IMG/VR virus record: IMGVR_UViG_3300029562_000126
Location: 1 to 19,552 of that record
Reading direction: 5' to 3' (one strand)
Length of the DNA: 19,552 nt
DNA from: a virus
Taxonomy: Duplodnaviria > Heunggongvirae > Uroviricota > Caudoviricetes
The translations under genes were made by a program, and so were the position numbers. A model generated the notes under the pieces. It saw only the letters and a list, made by a program, of their open reading frames with translations, did no database searches and was not told where the DNA came from. This document shows, piece after piece, positions 16,967 through 19,552 of this stretch. The stretch's first letter is position 1. Each line of letters begins with the position of its first letter.

Positions 16967-18220
16967 TTACGCACGAATGGTGTAATCACCAATGCCGATC
17001 CACTTGTAAGTGGTCAGTGCTTCCAGCCCCATTGGGCCACGCGCGTGGAGTTTTTGTGTGCTTACCGCCACTTCCGCACCCAGTCCAAACTGGCCGCCGT
17101 CGGTAAAACGCGTAGAGGCGTTAACGTAAACAGCGGACGAATCCACTTCGTTAACAAAACGCTGGGCGTTGCGCATATCGCGGGTCAGGATCGCATCGGA
17201 GTGTTGTGTGCCGTGTTCACGAATATGGGCGATGGCATCGTCAAGATCACTGACGATTTTGACGTTCAAATCTAATGACAGAAACTCATCGTCATACTCT
17301 TCCGCTTTAACAGCCACCACCTTCGCGGGGCCTGTCTGCAACTGCGCCAGCGCAGCTGCATCTGCGTGTAATGCCACGCCGCTTTCCTCCATTTGTTTGC
17401 TTAATGCGGGCAGGAAGCTATCGGCGATGTTTTTATTCACCAGCAACGTTTCTACCGTATTACATGTGCTCGGACGCTGAGTTTTCGCGTTGACGATCAC
17501 TTTTAATGCTTCAGCAATCTCTACACTTTCATCAACATAAATATGGCATACGCCTATACCACCTGTGATCACCGGGATCGTCGACTGTTCGCGGCACAGT
17601 TTATGCAAACCAGCGCCACCACGCGGGATCAGCATGTCGATGTATTTATCCATACGCAGCATTTCACTGACCAGCGCACGGTCAGGATTATCAATCGCCT
17701 GCACGGCACCCGCCGGTAAGCCGCAGGATTTCAGGGCGTCCTGAATCACCGCCACCGTTGCAGCGTTAGTGCGACACGTTTCTTTGCCACCGCGCAGGAT
17801 CACCGCATTACCGGTTTTCAGGCACAGCGAAGCGACATCAACCGTCACGTTCGGGCGCGCTTCATAAATCACGCCAATAACCCCCAGCGGTACGCGACGA
17901 CGCTCAAGACGCAGGCCGCTGTCCAGTACGCCGCCATCGATTACCTGCCCCACCGGATCGGCGAGGTTGCACACCTGACGTACATCGTCGGCAATGCCTT
18001 TCAGCCGTGCGGGCGTCAGTGCCAGACGGTCAAGCATCGCTTCGCTAAGGCCATTGGCTCGCGCGTCAGCAACATCCTGGGCGTTAGCGTTGAGGATGAT
18101 TTCGCTTTGTGCTTCCAGTTCATCGGCGATTTTTTCCAGCACGCGATTTTTTTCGCGGCTGGAGAGTTGCGCTAATTTATACGAGGCTTGCTTCGCGGCA
18201 ATGCCCATTTGTTCCAGCAT
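16967..18220 (-). CDS. proA: Gamma-glutamyl phosphate reductase
   Basis: 417-aa ORF matching E. coli ProA as recalled ([38 protein letters not shown]...). Confidence 0.97.
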   Translation of the reverse strand: MLEQMGIAAKQASYKLAQLSSREKNRVLEKIADELEAQSEIILNANAQDVADARANGLSEAMLDRLALTPARLKGIADDVRQVCNLADPVGQVIDGGVLDSGLRLERRRVPLGVIGVIYEARPNVTVDVASLCLKTGNAVILRGGKETCRTNAATVAVIQDALKSCGLPAGAVQAIDNPDRALVSEMLRMDKYIDMLIPRGGAGLHKLCREQSTIPVITGGIGVCHIYVDESVEIAEALKVIVNAKTQRPSTCNTVETLLVNKNIADSFLPALSKQMEESGVALHADAAALAQLQTGPAKVVAVKAEEYDDEFLSLDLNVKIVSDLDDAIAHIREHGTQHSDAILTRDMRNAQRFVNEVDSSAVYVNASTRFTDGGQFGLGAEVAVSTQKLHARGPMGLEALTTYKWIGIGDYTIRA

Positions 18221-18231
18221 CAGCCTGCTCC

Positions 18232-19335
18232 TTAACGGGTAATCATGTCATCACGGTGAACGGCAACCGGGCCGTATTCATATCCCAGTATTGCATCAAT
18301 TTCTTGCGAGTGGTGTCCGGCAATACGGCGTAATGCATCGCTGTTGTAACGACTGACGCCGTGGGCGATATCGCGGCCTTCGAGGTTGCAAATGCGGATG
18401 ACTTCACCACGCGAGAAATTGCCAGTCACGCTTTTAATGCCTTTCGGCAACAGGGAGCTGCCGCGTTCCAGAATGGCGGCAGTTGCCCCTTCATCTACCG
18501 TGATTTCACCCGCCGGCGGCGCACCGAAAATCCAGCGTTTACGGTTTTCAAGCGGAGTCGCCTGGGCATGGAACAGCGTACCGACGGAAATGCCTTCCAT
18601 CACATCACCAATAACGCCCGGCTTGCTGCCCGCGGCAATAATGGTGTCGATACCCGCACGGCAAGCCACGTCAGCGGCCTGCAATTTGGTACTCATGCCG
18701 CCAGTTCCGAGGCCTGAAACGCTGTCACCGGCAATCGCGCGCAGTGCGTCATCAATGCCGTAAACATCTTTAATCAGTTCTGCCTGCGGATTGCTGCGCG
18801 GGTCAGCGGTATACAAACCTTTTTGATCGGTCAGCAGCAACAGTTTATCGGCACCCGCAAGAATCGCCGCCAGCGCAGAAAGGTTATCGTTATCGCCGAC
18901 CTTAATCTCTGCCGTAGCGACAGCATCGTTCTCATTGATTACCGGAACGATATTGTTATCGAGCAACGCTCGCAGGGTGTCGCGGGCGTTCAGGAAGCGT
19001 TCACGGTCTTCCATATCAGCACGGGTCAGCAGCATTTGCCCGACGTGAATGCCATAAATCGAAAACAGCTGTTCCCACAGTTGAATCAGTCGACTCTGCC
19101 CTACCGCCGCCAGCAGTTGTTTCGAGGCGATGGTCGCTGGCAGTTCCGGGTAACCCAGGTGCTCACGTCCGGCGGCGATCGCGCCCGACGTCACAATAAC
19201 AATCCGATGCCCGGCGGCATGTAACTGCGCGCACTGGCGAACAAGTTCAACGATATGGGCACGGTTCAGACGGCGCGATCCGCCTGTTAGCACACTGGTG
19301 CCGAGTTTTACCACCAGCGTCTGGCTGTCACTCAT
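18232..19335 (-). CDS. proB: Glutamate 5-kinase
   Basis: Track ORF 18232..19422 uses an upstream alternative start. The internal ATG ([32 protein letters not shown]...) gives 367 aa, matching E. coli ProB. Confidence 0.95.
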
Positions 19336-19552
19336 GATTCTCTGCCATTCAATTTTAGGAAAAATGATATCAAACGAACGTTTTAGCAGGACTGTCGTCG
19401 GTTGCCAACCATCTGCGAGCAAAGCATGGCGTTTTGTTGCGCGGGATCAGCAAGCCTAAATAGCTGCGCGGAATAGTAGATCACTGAAAGGGAACTCAGC
19501 CCGGATTGTGCGATCTGATCAATCGCCAAACCAACCAAAATCACCAACCGGA

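Noticed and set aside
16886-19224. Multiple plus-strand ORFs (16886..17275, 17169..17480, 17994..18242, 18109..18333, 18361..18717, 18386..18763, 18823..19224)
   Set aside because: All are antisense or overlapping shadows of the highly conserved proA and proB genes, with Arg/Ser/Ala-rich translations typical of GC-rich antisense frames.

Overview
This window is the tRNA-proximal arm of a mosaic lambdoid prophage integrated at tRNA-Thr (thrW), immediately downstream of the host proB-proA operon (16967..19335, minus strand). From the attachment end leftwards it carries: a P22-type int/xis; a lambda-type early-left operon (TraR-like protein, orf63/orf60a-like ORFs, exo, bet, gam); a pL/OL-like promoter with no recognisable N gene; an immunity region (cI-like S24 repressor, divergent cro-like and CII-position genes); a lambda-type replication module (chimeric O with in-gene ori iterons, P, ren); and a DLP12-type nin region (ybcN, ninE, ybcO, rusA, ylcG-like, then a Q antiterminator that appears frameshifted). 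Left of Q the late genes are missing from the window and are replaced by non-phage cargo (a Blc-like lipocalin and a YbgA-family protein). Two accessory loci stand out. The first is a translationally coupled pair at 9996..11569, sitting exactly where lambda carries rexA-rexB (between cI and the terminator/pL): a small HipA-like putative Ser/Thr kinase plus a DUF3037-like protein. I consider this the best candidate for an undescribed prophage-encoded exclusion or defence system. The second is an AT-rich, opposite-strand gene at 4509..6011 between ren and ybcN, encoding a membrane-anchored coiled-coil protein with a T5orf172/GIY-YIG-like domain. All family assignments come from reading the translations and from recalled knowledge of lambda, P22 and DLP12; no database search was run. 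ORF boundaries follow the supplied track; coordinates of features I derived by eye (terminators, iterons, promoters, small ORFs) may be off by 1-2 nt.
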